Part shown: positions 61,728-64,000 of the stretch, piece after piece
Layout of the letters: each line of letters opens with the position of its first letter
How positions within the stretch are numbered: position 1 is the first letter of the stretch
Origin: Raja brachyura
Taxonomy: Eukaryota
Length of the DNA: 64,000 bases
Assembly: GCA_963514005.1 (NCBI GenBank)
Contig: OY740814.1
Coordinates: forward strand, 11,904,001-11,968,000
Direction: 5' to 3'
The notes under the pieces: model-generated
Database searches by the model: none
Seen by the model: the letters and a program-made list of their open reading frames with translations, nothing else
Told to the model about the DNA's origin: nothing
Made by a program: the position numbers and the translations under genes

Positions 61728-64000
61728 ACACCTGACTGAAGTTGTAACTTTGACTCCCAAGTGTGAGAGAGAAGTCTCAATGAAGGTATTGCAAGCAGCG
61801 TTGTCAAAGTATGTTAGCCACCCTCCCTTCCCCGGTTTTATTTTGGTCATCATTTCTGGTATGTTCTAGGGTTGCTACCAATATACGTAAATATAGTGGT
61901 TACATCCTTGATTCATTTCAAAGCTATGAAGCTCTATTTAGTGAAGTGAGTCTAAAATAATTCCATTTGGAAATTTTAAGAACTGCTTTGAAACCAAACT
62001 GCTTTTCCCTCGAATGTATCAGTGCTTTGTCCCTTTGTCATTCTTTTAGGAAATAAATTTTAAAACATGAGAACGGAATGAATTTGGCTTTATATAGGCC
62101 AAGGGACTTTAGTAATAACAACCAGCTGCCATGATCAGTTAGTTGCCTAATGCTTAATTAACAAAATAATCAACTGCATAAATGAAATTTGTGTGTGTTT
62201 CACATGTTTTCAATTTGTGTATCGTTTTTGGAGTTCAAAAGATCATACTGAATATAGCCATATCTGATAACTGGCTAGACTAAACAAAACTGGTCATTTG
62301 AAGATTAGCTTCATATGTCAAACACATTGCAGCAATGACATTAACATTTCTTCATTTTCAGCACAAGTAATCGGCATGAACTATAAAACTAATATATGCA
62401 GTCCATATACAAATTAATGGGGATTATTTGAATTAAGGTGCATACATCAGGCTGGGACCTGCCAGAGGGTCTCCCTTTTGTATCACGATGCTGCAGAACA
62501 AGAAATGCTGTTAAAACCTGGCTGGGAAGTGTGTGCCTAACAACAGGCACGCTTCAGAACAATGTGACCTAATTTTTCCTGGCAGCAATCTAAACAAGGG
62601 TTGTATGGGGAATAACATCATTATAAGGGCATCTGATGCAGAATCTGATTGAGTTGCACAGGGGCGATGTATGGCAGTTAGTGTCTAGTCCTACTTCGAC
62701 AATGGCTGAATGATGTGGATATCATTGTAAATGCATTTCAATCTGGGAAATGTCAGCTATTATGTCTGTTGGTAATATTCTTACAGTTCCATTAATTAAT
62801 CAATCATCATCATTCTCTCTTGGTCAAGTATGATTGTCTCCCAAGGCACGTCTCATCTTTGGGTCTGAAGATAGCTGATGAAGCTGATCTGGAGTGGCAG
62901 ACTGCTGCAAATTGAACAAATATTTCCGTTCAGGTGGGTGGATTTACTGATCTGAGTCACAATACACCATTTCACCACTTTTCTATTTTATGTATATTGC
63001 AAAGTACTTTCAGTTCAGACTGGTGTCCAGCCAAGGTGCATCATTGCCCCTATACTTTTCTTAATCTTGATGCTTCTCAGGTGGAATGGAGTTAATCCAT
63101 GGGACAAATGAGAAACTTTCCAACCATCACCACTTCCACTCCAGAACCATCCAATTCCCATTACCGAGCTGCAGTGCACAGATAATGTTCCACATGCCCA
63201 CATTCAGAGAACAAGCTCCAAGCCATATTATTGTTCACTGACACATACGAGAGAATGTGCTTTATACTTAAAATCTGCAAAGGACCATCGTCAAACTATC
63301 CCAACTGTGCACCACTACCTTACAATAATAAAGTCCTGCAATGGGATCCTCAAAAACATGGACGGCTTTTTACATCTTGTATATATGGACCGCTTTCTAT
63401 GTTTTGGGCACTTTCTCTGAACAACGACATTCATAGATAATAAAATTGATGATTGTCAGCACAGCGTTTGTATGTCTGAGGAAAAAGCAATGTATGAAGA
63501 CCAAGACCTTAAACCCAGTACAATGGTTTGGTTGACTGTGCAGCAGTTACCCTGCCTTTCTGTTTGCTTCAGAGACTCGGGTGACCTGGAGAGATATAGT
63601 CAATGTTCTGCCTGAAGAACTGTCCAAACCCTTGAAAGAATGAGCATATTTATGTCAGCAGCATGTTCCAGATATTAAGATCCTAATTAAATTCTGCATG
63701 CTTTATTGGTCATGCCATGCTATAGCCACTTCAGTATTTGCAAAAATGGCCTTCTAGATTGAGCGCAAACCTGGTTTCAAGGTGTAGACCCCCAGTTCAG
63801 ACACATTTAGTGGCAAGCTGAATTTCAGAGGTGCAGTGGGTGTCAATCAATCAATCAATCAAACAAACTTTATTGTCATTTAGAAATACATTGATATATG
63901 CAGTTCCAAACAAAATTACGTTGCATTTGGCTCCCTGTGCAACACAATAAATTAACAGAAGGATAGGCATGGATGAAAAGGATAAAAGGATAATTAGTGG

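Overview
Vertebrate genomic DNA, most likely from a cartilaginous fish (skate/ray-like; inferred from HE1/HER1-type SINE/LINE and Penelope repeats). I reconstructed two convergent multi-exon coiled-coil cilia/sperm genes by hand. MNS1 lies on + (coding exons 2-10, 5289-17731; the ATG exon is apparently upstream of the window; one GC-AG intron). TEX9 lies complete on - (12 coding exons, 55177-20352, 389 aa), with an RFX X-box and a GC-rich minisatellite at its promoter. Most remaining sequence, and nearly all supplied ORFs, is transposon-derived: CR1, Rex1/Babar and RTE LINE fragments, HE1-like SINEs, Penelope (GIY-YIG) fragments, a Harbinger-type MITE, and a hAT element nested inside a second TIR element. 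The most notable pattern is a family of short, TSD-flanked Penelope-derived insertions carrying a minimal hammerhead-ribozyme core (CTGAAGA-AGGGTCTCGACCC-GAAACGTC). They occur as ~125-160 nt monomers and as palindromic head-to-head forms. I found no evidence for prokaryote-type systems. Repeat family names come from motif recognition, not database searches, and repeat boundaries without TSDs are approximate.
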